DNA of 64,000 nucleotides. Source: Squalus acanthias (taxonomy: Eukaryota). Positions 46,501 to 58,200 of the stretch are shown one piece after another. The stretch lies in assembly GCA_030390025.1 (NCBI GenBank), contig JASTWF010000033.1:1366001-1430000 (forward strand), read 5' to 3'. The notes below the pieces were generated by a model that saw nothing but the letters and a program-made list of their open reading frames with translations, did no database searches and was not told the DNA's origin. Position numbers and translations under genes: made by a program. Each line of letters opens with the position of its first letter. The stretch's first letter is position 1.

Positions 46501-46590
46501 ATCAGCCATGATCGCATGGAATGGCGGACAGGCTCGAGGTGACGAATGACCTACTCCTGCTCCTATCTTCTATGTTTCTATGTTTCAATG
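43581..46590 (+). mobile_element. 5'-truncated CR1 LINE (same subfamily as 2563-4196) in the 89-bp satellite, split by a second CR1
   Basis: TSD TTGAAT at 43575-43580 and 46591-46596; RT motifs; (TATGTTTC)n tail. Confidence 0.93.
44481..45821 (+). mobile_element. Young 5'-truncated CR1 nested in same-orientation CR1
   Basis: TSD TTATCTG at 44474-44480 and 45822-45828; unbroken RT frame to 45613; (TTATGTTC)n tail. Confidence 0.95.
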
Positions 46591-48257
46591 TTGAATCTTA
46601 GAATGTCCTCTTAGGGCTCCTATGCTGCACTCTGGGATGGGGCTGTCCTATTTAACTGTGACAATTCAGTAATTAATTCCAAATGTTAGATTAATGTCTC
46701 AGGTCTGCTCTGTTGCACTCTGGGAGGTGGCGTCCAATCGAACTGTGGTCATTCAGTAATTAACTACCAAATTTCAGTGTGTCCTCTCAGGGCTGCTCTG
46801 CTGCACTCCGGGATGGGTCTGTCCTCGTTTACGGTGACCATTCAGTAATTAAATTCCAAATGTCAAACTGTCCCAACAGGACAGCTCTGCTGCACTCTGG
46901 TATGGGTCTATACACTTTAACTGTGAACATTCAGTAATTAAATTCCAAACATTATATATCCTCTAAGGGCTGCCCTGCTGCAATCTGGAATGGGGCTGCC
47001 CTCTTTAACCGTGGCAATTCAGTAATTACATTCCAAATGCTGGAATGTCCAAACAGGACTGCAGTGCTGCACTTTGGGATGGGTGTATCCTCTTTAACTG
47101 TGGCCATTCATTAATTAAAATCAAAATGTTAGTGTGTCCACTCAGGGCTGCTCAGCTACACTCTGGGATGTGGATGTCCTCTTTACCTGCGGCCATTCTG
47201 TGATTAAATTCCAAATGTTAGTGTTTCCTCTCAAAGCTGCTATGATGCACGCCGGGATGGGTCTATCCACTGTAACTGTGAGCGTTCAGTAATTAAAATC
47301 CAAATGTTAGCGTGTCCTCTCAGGGCTGCTCTGCTGCACTCTGTGATCGGGCTGACTCTTTAACTGTGGCCATTTAGTAATTAAAATCCAAATGTTAGAG
47401 TGTAATCTCAGGGCTCCTTTGCTGCGCTTTGAGATGATGAGCCCTCTGTAACTCTGTCCATTCAATAAATACATTCCAAATGTTAGGGTGTCCAAAGGGG
47501 ACTGCACAGCAGCACTCTGGAATGGCTCTATTTATTTTAACTGTGTCCATTCAGTCATGAAATTCCAAATGTGAGAGATTCCTCTCAGGAATGCACTGCG
47601 GCACTCTGGGATGGGTCTGACATCTTTAACTGTGGCCATTCAGTCATTCAATTACATATGTTAAAGTTTCCTCTCAGTGCTGCTCCGCTGCGCTCTGGGT
47701 TGTGCCAGCCCACTTTAACTGTGTCCATTCAGTAATTTAATTCCAAATGTTAGAGTGTCCTCTCAGGGCTGCTCTGCTGCACTCTGGGATGGGATGTCCT
47801 CATTAACTGTGGCCAATCTGTAATTAAAATCCAAATTTTAGACTGTCCTATCAGGGCTTTTCTGCTGAACTCTAGGATGGACCAGCACTCTAACTATGGC
47901 CATTAGGTAATTCCATTCCAAATATTAGGGTTTCCTCTCAGGGCTCCTCCGCTGCACTCTGTGATGGGTCATACCACTCTAATTATGAACGTTCAATAAT
48001 TAAATTCCAAATATTAGAGTGTCCTCTTAGGGCTGTTCTGCTGTACTCAGCGATGGGTCTGTTATCTTTAACTGTGGCCATTCAGTAACTAAAAACCGAA
48101 TGTTACAGTGTAATCTCAGGGCTGCTCTGCTGCACTCTGGGATGTGGCTGTCCTCTGTAACATTGGCCATTCAATAATGAAATTACCAATGTTAGAGTGT
48201 CCTCTCAGGGCTGCTCCACTGAACACTGGGACGGGGCAACCCTCTTTAACTGTGGCT

Positions 48258-48772
48258 ATTGAGGGAGTGCAGCGAAGGTTCACTAGATTGATTCCTGGGA
48301 TGGCCGGTCTGACATATCAAGAAAGATTGGGTCAACTGAATTTGTATCCTCTGGAGTTCAGAAGAATGAGGGGGGATCTTATAGAGACATTTAAAATCCT
48401 GACTGGTTTAGACAAATTAGATGCGGGCAGAATGTTCCCAATGTTAGGGAAAACTAGAACCAGGGGTCACAGTCTAAGGATTAAGGGGAAGCCATTTAAG
48501 ACTGAGCTGAGGAGGAACTTCTTCACCCAGAGAGTGGTGAATCTATGGAATTCTCTTCCACAGAAGGTTGTTGAGGCCAGTTCGCTAAATATATTCAAAA
48601 GGGAGTTAGATATAACACTCACAACTATGGGGATCAAGGGGTATGGCGAGAAAGCAGGAATGGGGTACTGAGGTAGCATGTTCAGCCATGAACGCATTGA
48701 ATGGTGGTGCAGGCTCGAAGGACCGAATGGTCTACTCCTGTACCTATTTTTTATGTTTCTATGTTTCTATGT
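48258..48772 (+). mobile_element. CR1 3' fragment in the 89-bp satellite
   Basis: AIEGVQRRFTRLIPGMAGLTY...FFTQRVVNLWNSLP; (TATGTTTC)n tail. Confidence 0.93.
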
Positions 48773-49747
48773 TATTCAGTAATTAAATTACCAATGTTAC
48801 AGTGACAGAACAGGACTGCTCTGCTGCACTCTAGGATGGGCCTATCCTCTTTAACTGTGGCCATTCAGTAATTAAATTCCAAATGTTAGAGTGTCCTCTC
48901 AGGACTTATCCGCTGGATACTGGGATGGAGCATCCTTCTTTATCTGTGGCCATTCAATAATTAAATTACCAATGTTAGAGTGTCCGAACAGGTCTGTTCC
49001 GCTGCACTCTGGGATAGGGAGTTCTCTTTAACTGTGGCCATTCATTTATTAAATTCCAAATGCTAGAGTGTCCTCTCAGGGCTGCTCTGCTGCACTCCGG
49101 GATGTCGCCGTCCTCTTTAACTGTTGCCATTCCATAATCAAATTACAAATGTTAGACTGTCCTCTCAGGGCTGCTCCGCTGCACGCTAGAATGGCCCAGC
49201 ACTCGTTAACTGTTGCCATTAAGTAATTAAATTCCAAATGTTAGAATGCCCACTCAGTGCTGCTCTGCTGCACTCTGGGTTGGGGAGTGTTCTTTAACTG
49301 TAGTCATTCTGTTATTAAATTCCAGATGCTAGTATGTCCTCTCAGGACTGCTGTGCTTCACTTTGGGATGGGGTGTCCTCCATAACTGTGGCCATTCTTT
49401 GATTAAATTCCATTTCTTAGAATGTCCTCTCAGGGTTGCTATTCTGCACCCTGGGATGGGGCTGTCCACTTTAACTATGACCATTCAATAATTGAATTCC
49501 AAATGTTAGTGTGTCCTCTCAGGACAGCTCTACTGCACTCTGGGATGGTGCTGCCCTCTTTACCTGTTTCCATTCAGTAATTACATTCCAAATGTTAAGT
49601 GTCCTCTCAGGCTGCTTTGCTGCACTCTGGGATTGGTCTGTCCTCTTTAACTGTGGCCATTAAGTAATTCAATTCCAAATTTTAGTGTGTCCTCTCAGGA
49701 TTGCACTGCTGCTCTCGTTAACTGTGACTATTCAATTAAACAGTTAA

Positions 49748-50940
49748 TGTGGGGAGTTTGTTTCTATGGATCCTCAGACTAATTTAGCACCTCAAACTAA
49801 TGCAGTATCTCAATCTAATAGAGTACCTCAAAAAAATACATCACCTGAAATGAATACAATATCTGAAACATATACAGCTCCTCAAATTAATATCCACTCC
49901 TCTCAACCTCTCTGGTACAAAGTCCTGTCAATTCTTGCTCGCAGACCGAGATCTCACCTGCCAGACACCATGAGGTCATTACCAGGGTAACAAGCACTGA
50001 CTGTACAGTGTATTTGTACAGTTTAACAATGCGAACCTACTGATTATTTGTCAGTAAATAGTTTAATTTCCGTTGATGCTGTTTGAGCAGAAGTACTGAC
50101 ACAATATCAATTAGAAATATAGGAGCAGGAGTAGGCCCTCGGCCCTTCGAGTCTGCTCCGTCATTCAATATGATCATGGCTGATCCTCTATCTCAATACC
50201 ATATTCTCGCTCTCTCCCCATACCCCTTGATGCCTTTTGTTTCTAGAAATCTATCTATCTCCTTCTTAAATATATTCAGTGACTTGTCCTCCACAGCCTT
50301 CTGTGGTAGCGAATTCCACATGTTCACTACCCACTGAGTGAAGGAATTTCTGCTCATCTCAGTCCTAAATGGTATTGAGATAGAGGATCAGCCCTGATCA
50401 TATTGAATGGCGGAGCAGGCTCGAAGGGCCGAATGGCCTACTCCTGCTCCTATTTTTCAATGTTTCTATGTTTCTAAATAAGTCTTGATGGTCAGAAACA
50501 CATGATGTCAGTGTATCGTGTGATGGGGAGCTGACAGGGGCAGGCGGGCTCATTAAGTTCGTTGCATCCCTGTAATTGGTTTCAGGTGTAAGGCAATGAT
50601 TGGGTTAGCTGGTCCCCACAGGCGTTGCTGGGACGAAGAAGTATGAGAAGGAGTCTCTCAAATACCGAGAGACCCCACACGCATCACACCGGGCGGTCGA
50701 GCAAGCCGAGAGGCCAGGTACAGTGTGGGTAGACCTGAGGAGATCGCGTCTTCTGCCCAAGGGGTAACGGGTAGTATAAACCTTGATGGCGCCTTGTTTT
50801 ATTGCTGCTCTTAATGCTGTAATTCATCAAGTCTCACTTGCATTGAATAAAATATAATTACTGTCACCAATTCGGGTCAACTCGAATCGTTTGTAACTTA
50901 GGAGTGAAAGGTTAATTGGCAAAGACCCACAAATTCAACA
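49748..50940 (+). mobile_element. Possible solo LTR (with CR1 insert 50110-50476)
   Basis: Starts TGTGG and ends CAACA; TATAAA near 50775, then AATAAA near 50846. No clear TSD. Confidence 0.3.
50110..50476. mobile_element. CR1 3' end with inverted duplication of its terminal ~90 nt
   Basis: 50112-50201 is the near reverse complement of 50370-50460. Confidence 0.85.
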
Positions 50941-51685
50941 GTCCATCTGTGTCTGTGTCTGAATCTCCTTGTCTGTCTGTCTGTTTCTATCTGTCTGTCT
51001 CTGCCTCAGTCTGTCTGTCTGGCTGTTTCTGTCTGCCTCTGTCTCTCTATATCTGTCAGTCTCTCTCTATCTGTCTGACGAAGCCTGCCTGTCAGTCTCT
51101 GTCTTTCCATCTTTGTCTTTGTCTCCCTCTGTCTCTTTCTCTCACTCTGTCTCTCTCTGTCTCTGTCTGGTTCTGTCTGTATCCATCTCTGTCAATCTGT
51201 TTGTCCACCTCGATCTCTGCAGGCTCTGTCTTTGTCTGTCTCAGCCTCCGGGTTTGCCTCTTTCTCTGTCTGTCTGTCCATGTATTCCGGCTCTGTCTTT
51301 GTCTGTCTCGATCTGCGGGCTTTTCTCTTTCTCTGTACCTTTGTTTGTCTCTGTATATCTGTCCCTGTCAGTCTGCCCATGTCTGTCTGCTCTGTCGTTG
51401 TCTGTCTCGGCCTGCGTGTCTTCCTCTTATTCTGTCTTTCTGTCTATCACTGTCTGTGTCTCTGTCTACCCCGTCTCTGTTTGTCTGTCTCTGTCTCCCT
51501 GTATCTGTCTGTCTGTCTCTGTCTCCGTCCGCCCGTCTCCTTCTATCTGTATCTAAATCTGACTGTCTGTCTGTCTCTGTCTGTTTGTCTGTCTCTACCT
51601 CTCTGCCTGACTCTGTCTGAGCCTGTCGTCACAGTCTCTGTCTGTCTGTGTTCCTGTCCATCTCTGTCTGTCTTTGTCTGCCTGT

Positions 51686-51820
51686 CCCGTTTACCCATCA
51701 CCCCTGTGCTCGCTGACCTACATTGGCTCACGGTTAAGCAGCGCCTCGATTTTAAAATTCCCAGCCTTGTTTTCAAATCTCCCCATGGCCTCGACACCAC
51801 CCTATCTCTGTAATATCCTT
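51686..51820 (+). mobile_element. L2-type LINE fragment
   Basis: Translates to ITPVLADLHWLTVKQRLDFKI, a typical L2 ORF2 C-terminal motif. Confidence 0.75.
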
Positions 51821-51821
51821 C

Positions 51822-52565
51822 ATGGGGAATGCAGATTATCAAATGGACCTGGGTGTCCTTGTACATGAGTCACTGAAAGTGAATGTGCAGGTGCAGCAAG
51901 CCATTAGGAAGGCAAATGGTATGCTGGCCTTCATTACAAGTGGATTTGAGTACAGGAGTAAAGAAGTCTTACTCCAATTATATAGGGCCTTGGTGAGACC
52001 ACACCTGGGGTACTGTGTACAATTTTGGTCTCCTTACCTAAGGAAGGATATACTCGCCATAGAGGAACTGCAACGAAGTTTCACGAGATTGATTCCTGGG
52101 ATGGCGGGACTGTCGTATGAGAAGATATTGAGTAAACTAGGCCTGTATTCTCTTGAATTCAGAAGAAGGAGAGGGGATCTCATTGAAGCATACAAAATTA
52201 TAAAAAGGGCTGAATAGGTTGGATGCTGGGAGAATGTTTCCCTTAGCTGGGGAGTCTAGAACCAGGGGCCACAGCCTCAGGATAAAGGGTAGGCCATTCA
52301 GGACAGAGATGAGACGAAATTTCTTCACACAGAGGGTGGTGAATCTTTGAAATTATCTACCCCAGAGGGCTAAGGAGGCTCAGTCATTGGATATATTCAT
52401 AACAGAAGTCGATAGATTTCTGACTAGTAAGCGTATCAAGGGATATGGCGATAGGGCCGTTGAATGGAGTTGAGGCAGAAGATCAGCCATGATCTCATTG
52501 AATGGCGGAGCAGGCTTGAAGGGCCGATTGGCCCACTCCTGCTCCTATTTCTTAGATTCTTATGT
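51822..52565 (+). mobile_element. CR1 3' fragment (same subfamily as 41300-42371)
   Basis: DLGVLVHESLKVNVQVQQAIRKANGML...LYSLEFRRRRGDLIEAYKI and 3' UTR. Confidence 0.93.
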
Positions 52566-53364
52566 TGAAGGCACTATATAAATTCAAATTGTTGTTGATG
52601 TTGTTGTCAGTCTCTGTCTATGTCCGTCTGTGTTTCTGGCTCTGTCTGCCTCTCCGTCTCTTTCTGTTTGTCTACGTTTGTTGTCGTTGTCTCTCTCTGT
52701 CTCTGTCCCTCTGTCTCTGTCTCTGTGTTTCTCTCTCTCTCCATCGCTGTCTCTCTGTCTCTCTCTCTCCCTCTCTGGTTCTTTCCCCCTGTCTGTCTAT
52801 CGCTGTGTCTGTCTGTCTGTCTCTCTATACCTGTTTGTCTATATATGTCTGTCCATGTCTGCCTGCTCTGTCGTTGTCTGTCTCGGTTTGCGTGTCTGCC
52901 TGTCTCTCTCTCTCTCTGTCTATGCCTCCTTTTCTCTGTCAGTTGGTCTCTTTCTTTCTGTCTGTCCTTCTCTGTTTTTGTCTCTCTCTCTGCCTGTCTC
53001 CGTCGCTGTCTGTCTGCCTCTGTCTGTTTCTGTCTCTGCCTGTCTCTGTCTGTCTGTTCCTATCTTTCTGCCCGTCTCCGTCTCTTTTTGTCGGTCGTTG
53101 TATGTGAACTAAAAACAGAAAATGCTGTAAATACTCAGCAGGCCAGGCAATATTTCCGGAGAGAGGAGCACAGTTAATGTTTGATATCAATTAGCTTTCG
53201 TCAGAACTGTCTGTCTTTGCCTCCTTCTGTACGCTTGCAACTCTCTCTGTCTGTCTGTGTCTCTGTCTGTGCCTCTCTCTCTGTCTCTGCATATCTTTGT
53301 TTTTCACTGTCACAGACTGCCTCTGTTTGTTTGTCTCTGGCTGCCTCTCTGTTTCTGTCTGTCT

Positions 53365-53675
53365 GATCTTGTCTGCGAGACTCTAATTCCAGCCTCTTGA
53401 GCATTCCTGATTTGAATTGCTCAATCATTGTTGGCCGTGCCTTCAGCTGCCGAGGCCCTAAGCCCCGGAATTCTCACCCTAAACCTCTCTGCCACTCTCT
53501 CCTCCTTTAAGACGCTCTGTAAAATTTACCTCTTTAACCAAGCTTTTAGTGATGTGCTCTAATATCTCCTTTTGTGGCTCGGTGTCAATTTCGGACTGAT
53601 TAACACTCCTGTGAAACGCCATGGGACGTTTTACTAAGTTAAAGGCACTATCTTTAAAAAGTTATTGTTGTTGTT
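53365..53675 (+). mobile_element. L2-type LINE 3' end fragment
   Basis: ggccgtgccttcagc (GRAFS), tcctttaagacgctctgtaaaatttacctcttt, and an aaggcactat...(TTG)n tail. Confidence 0.6.
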
Positions 53676-54454
53676 GTATCTCTGTTTGTTTCTTTCTCCT
53701 GCTCTCTTCCTCGTTCTGTCTCTCTCTCTTCTCTCTCTGTGTCTGCCTCTCTGTCTTTTTTCATGAATCAGTGTCTCTCTTCCTGTTTTCAGTACCTGTC
53801 TCTGCCTGAGTGTCTCTGTCACTGCAGTTGATCTGTCTCTGTCTGTCTGTTTGTCTCTGTTTGCCTGTCTGTCGCTCTCTGTCTCTCTCTATTTGTCTTT
53901 CTGTCTCTGTCTTACTCTGTATGTCTGTCTCTGTCAGTCCCTCTGTCGCTCTCTCTCTCTCTCTCTTTGTCACTGTCTGTCGATCTGTCTGTCTGCATCT
54001 TTTTCTGTCTATCTCTGTCTGGCTGCCTCTGTCTGTCTTTTTTTTTCTTGTATCAGTTTATCTCTTCCTGTCTGTCGGTACCTGTCTCTGCCTGAGTGTC
54101 CCTGTCTCTGCTGACGCTCTCTGTCTCTGTCTGTCTGTTTGTCTCTGTTTGTCTGTCTTTCGGTCTCTGTCTCTCACTATTTGTCTTTCTGCCTGTGTCT
54201 CGCTCTTTATGTCTGTCTGTTTGTCCATGTTTGCCTGGCTGACGCTCTCTGTCTCTCTCTATTTGTCTTTCTGTCTCTGTCTTACTCTGTATGTCTGTCT
54301 CTGTCAGTCTCTCTGTCTGACTGCATCTTTCTCTATTTCTCTCTGTCGTTGTCTGCCTTCATGTGACTCTTACTGGCTGTCTCATAATAACATGAGGACA
54401 AAAGAATTAGGAGCAGGAATAGGTCATACGGTCCCACGAGTCTGCTCCACCATT

Positions 54455-55252
54455 CATAGGATTACACAGGATGCACAGCACAGAAACAGGCCATTCGGCC
54501 CAACCAGTCCATGCTGGTGTTTATGCTCCACTCGAGCCTCCTCCCGTCTTTCCTCGTCTAACTCTATCAGCATCACCCTCTATTCCCTTCTCACGCATAG
54601 GCTTTTCCAACCGCCCCTTAAATGCATCTATACTATTCGCCTCAACCACTCCCTGTGGTAGCGATTTCCAGATTCTCACCACTTTCTGGGTAATGAAGTT
54701 TCTTCTGAATTCCCTATTGGATTTCTTGGTGACTATCTTATATTGATGGCCTCTAGTTTTGCTCTTTAGTTTTGCCTCACCCCACAAGTGGAAACATTCT
54801 CTCTGCATCCACTCTATCAAAACCTTTCATAATTTTAAAGATTTCTGTTAGGTCACACCTCAGCCTTCTCTTTTCAAGAGAATAGAGACCCAGCCTGTTC
54901 ATCCTTTCCTGATATGTATGCCCTCGTATTCAAGAAGATCATGGCTGATCTACTACCTCAACTTCATTTTCCCTCCTGACCCCTGCTTCATCTAATGACC
55001 AAAAGTCTATCTATCTCAGCCTTGAATAGGCTCAATGACTGAATATCCACAGCCCTTTCAGGTAGAGAATTCCGAAGATTCACAACATTCTGAGTGAAGT
55101 GATTCCTCCTCATCTCAGTCCTAAATGGCAGGCCCCTTATCCTGAGATCATGTCGCCTTTTTCTAGACTCTCCAGCCAGTGGAAACGACCTCTCAGCACC
55201 TACCCTGTCAATCCCCTTAAAAATCTTGTATGTTTTAGATTAGATCACCTCC
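54455..55252 (-). mobile_element. Two adjacent/nested CR1 3' fragments (54455-54930 and ~54395-54455 + 54930-55252)
   Basis: TRGHQYKIVTKKSNREFRRNFITQ. The second fragment runs directly into the 68-bp satellite. Confidence 0.85.
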
Positions 55253-58200
55253 CCAGTGAGTAGAGGCCCAGCCTACTCAATCTCTCATCATAGGACAGCC
55301 CGCTCATCCCAGGTATCAATCCAGTGAGTACAGGCCCAGCCTACTCAATCTCTCATCATAGGACAGCCCTCTCATCCCAGGTATCAATCCAGTGAGTACA
55401 GGCCCAGCCTACTCAATCTCTCATCATAGGACAGCCCGCTCATCCCAGGTATCAATCCAGTGAGTACAGGCCCAGCCTACTCAATCTCTCATCATAGGAC
55501 AGCCCGCTCATCCCAGGTATCAATCCAGTGAGTACAGGCCCAGCCTACTCAATCTCTCATCATAGGACAGCCCTCTCATCCCAGGTATCAATCCAGTGAG
55601 TACAGGCCCAGCCTACTCAATCTCTCATCATAGGACAGCCCGCTCATCCCAGGTATCAATCCAGTGAGTACAGGCCCAGCCTACTCAATCTCTCATCATA
55701 GGACAGCCCGCTCATCCCAGGTATCAATCCAGAGAGTAGAGGCCCAGCCTACTCAATCTCTCATCATAGGACAGCCCGCTCATCCCAGGTATCAATCCAG
55801 TGAGTACAGGCCCAGCCTACTCAATCTCTCATCATAGGACAGCCCTCTCATCCCAGGTATCAATCCAGTGAGTACAGGCCCAGCCTACTCAATCTCTCAT
55901 CATAGGACAGCCCTCTCATCCCAGGTATCAATCCAGTGAGTACAGGCCCAGCCTACTCAATCTCTCATCATAGGACAGCCCGCTCATCCCAGGTATCAAT
56001 CCAGTGAGTACAGGCCCAGCCTACTCAATCTCTCATCATAGGACAGCCCGCTCATCCCAGGTATCAATCCAGAGAGTACAGGCCCAGCCTACTCAATCTC
56101 TCATCATAGGACAGCCCTCTCATCCCAGGTATCAATCCAGTGAGTACAGACCCAGCCTACTCAATCTCTCATCATAGGACAGCCCGCTCATCCCAGGTAT
56201 CAATCCAGAGAGTACAGGCCCAGCCTACTCAATCTCTCATCATAGGACAGCCCGCTCATCCCAGGTATCAATCCAGAGAGTACAGGCCCAGCCTACTCAA
56301 TCTCTCATCATAGGACAGCCCTCTCATCCCAGGTATCAATCCAGTGAGTACAGACCCAGCCTACTCAATCTCTCATCATAGGACAGCCCGCTCATCCCAG
56401 GTATCAATCCAGAGAGTACAGGCCCAGCCTACTCAATCTCTCATCATAGGACAGCCCTCTCATCCCAGGTATCAATCCAGTGAGTACAGACCCAGCCTAC
56501 TCAATCTCTCATCATAGGACAGCCCGCTCATCCCAGGTATCAATCCAGAGTGTAGAGGCCCAGCCTACTCAATCTCTCATCATAGGACAGCCCGCTCATC
56601 CCAGGTATCAATCCAGAGAGTAGAGGCCCAGCCTACTCAATCTCTCATCATAGGACAGCCCTCTCATCCCAGGTATCAATCCAGTGAGTACAGACCCAGC
56701 CTACTCAATCTCTCATCATAGGACAGCCCTCTCATCCCAGGTATCAATCCAGTGAGTACAGACCCAGCCTACTCAATCTCTCATCATAGGACAGCCCGCT
56801 CATCCCAGGTATCAATCCAGAGAGTACAGGCCCAGCCTACTCAATCTCTCATCATAGGACAGCCCGCTCATCCCAGGTATCAATCCAGAGAGTACAGCCC
56901 AGCCTACTCAATCTCTCATCATAGGACAGCCCGCTCATCCCAGGTATCAATCCAGTGAGTACAGGCCCAGCCTACTCAATCTCTCATCATAGGACAGCCC
57001 TCTCATCCCAGGTATCAATCCAGTGAGTACAGGCCCAGCCTACTCAATCTCTCATCATAGGACAGCCCGCTCATCCCAGGTATCAATCCAGAGAGTACAG
57101 GCCCAGCCTACTCAATCTCTCATCATAGGACAGCCCGCTCATCCCAGGTATCAATCCAGTGAGTACAGGCCCAGCCTACTCAATCTCTCATCATAGGACA
57201 GCCCTCTCATCCCAGGTATCAATCCAGAGAGTAGCAGGCCCAGCCTACTCAATCTCTCATCATAGGACAGCCCGCTCATCCCAGGTATCAATCCAGAGAG
57301 TAGAGGCCCAGCCTACTCAATCTCTCATCATAGGACAGCCCTCTCATCCCAGGTATCAATCCAGTGAGTACAGGCCCAGCCTACTCAATCTCTCATCATA
57401 GGACAGCCCTCTCATCCCAGGTATCAATCCAGAGAGTACAGGCCCAGCCTACTCAATCTCTCATCATAGGACAGCCCGCTCATCCCAGGTATCAATCCAG
57501 TGAGTACAGGCCCAGCCTACTCAATCTCTCATCATAGGACAGCCCTCTCATCCCAGGTATCAATCAGTGAGTACAGGCCCAGCCTACTCAATCTCTCATC
57601 ATAGGACAGCCCGCTCATCCCAGGTATCAATCCAGAGAGTACAGGCCCAGCCTACTCAATCTCTCATCATAGGACAGCCCGCTCATCCCAGGTATCAATC
57701 CAGTGAGTACAGGCCCAGCCTACTCAATCTCTCATCATAGGACAGCCCTCTCATCCCAGGTATCAATCCAGTGAGTACAGGCCCAGCCTACTCAATCTCT
57801 CATCATAGGACAGCCCGCTCATCCCAGGTATCAATCCAGTGAGTACAGGCCCAGCCTACTCAATCTCTCATCATAGGACAGCCCTCTCATCCCAGGTATC
57901 AATCCAGTGAGTACAGGCCCAGCCTACTCAATCTCTCATCATAGGACAGCCCTCTCATCCCAGGTATCAATCCAGTGAGTACAGGCCCAGCCTACTCAAT
58001 CTCTCATCATAGGACAGCCCGCTCATCCCAGGTATCAATCCAGTGAGTACAGGCCCAGCCTACTCAATCTCTCATCATAGGACAGCCCTCTCATCCAGGT
58101 ATCAATCCAGTGAGTACAGGCCCAGCCTACTCAATCTCTCATCATAGGACAGCCCTCTCATCCCAGGTATCAATCCAGAGAGTACAGGCCCAGCCTACTC

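Larger units (their letters stand above)
41140..49735. repeat. 89-bp diverged satellite array, interrupted by three CR1 insertions
   Basis: Consensus cattcagtaattaaattccaaatgttagagtgtcctctcagggctgctctgctgcactctgggatgggtctgtcctctttaactgtggc. Segments: 41140-41300, 42372-43580, 46591-48257, 48773-49735. Confidence 0.95.
50941..54365 (+). repeat. Degenerate (TCTG/TC)n simple-repeat region with embedded LINE fragments
   Basis: Pyrimidine-rich low complexity at 50941-51685, 52605-53100, 53205-53370 and 53680-54365. Confidence 0.95.

Noticed and set aside
50916..54661. Several Ser/Leu/Cys/Val-rich ORFs
   Set aside because: They arise from the stop-poor (TCTG)n simple repeat.
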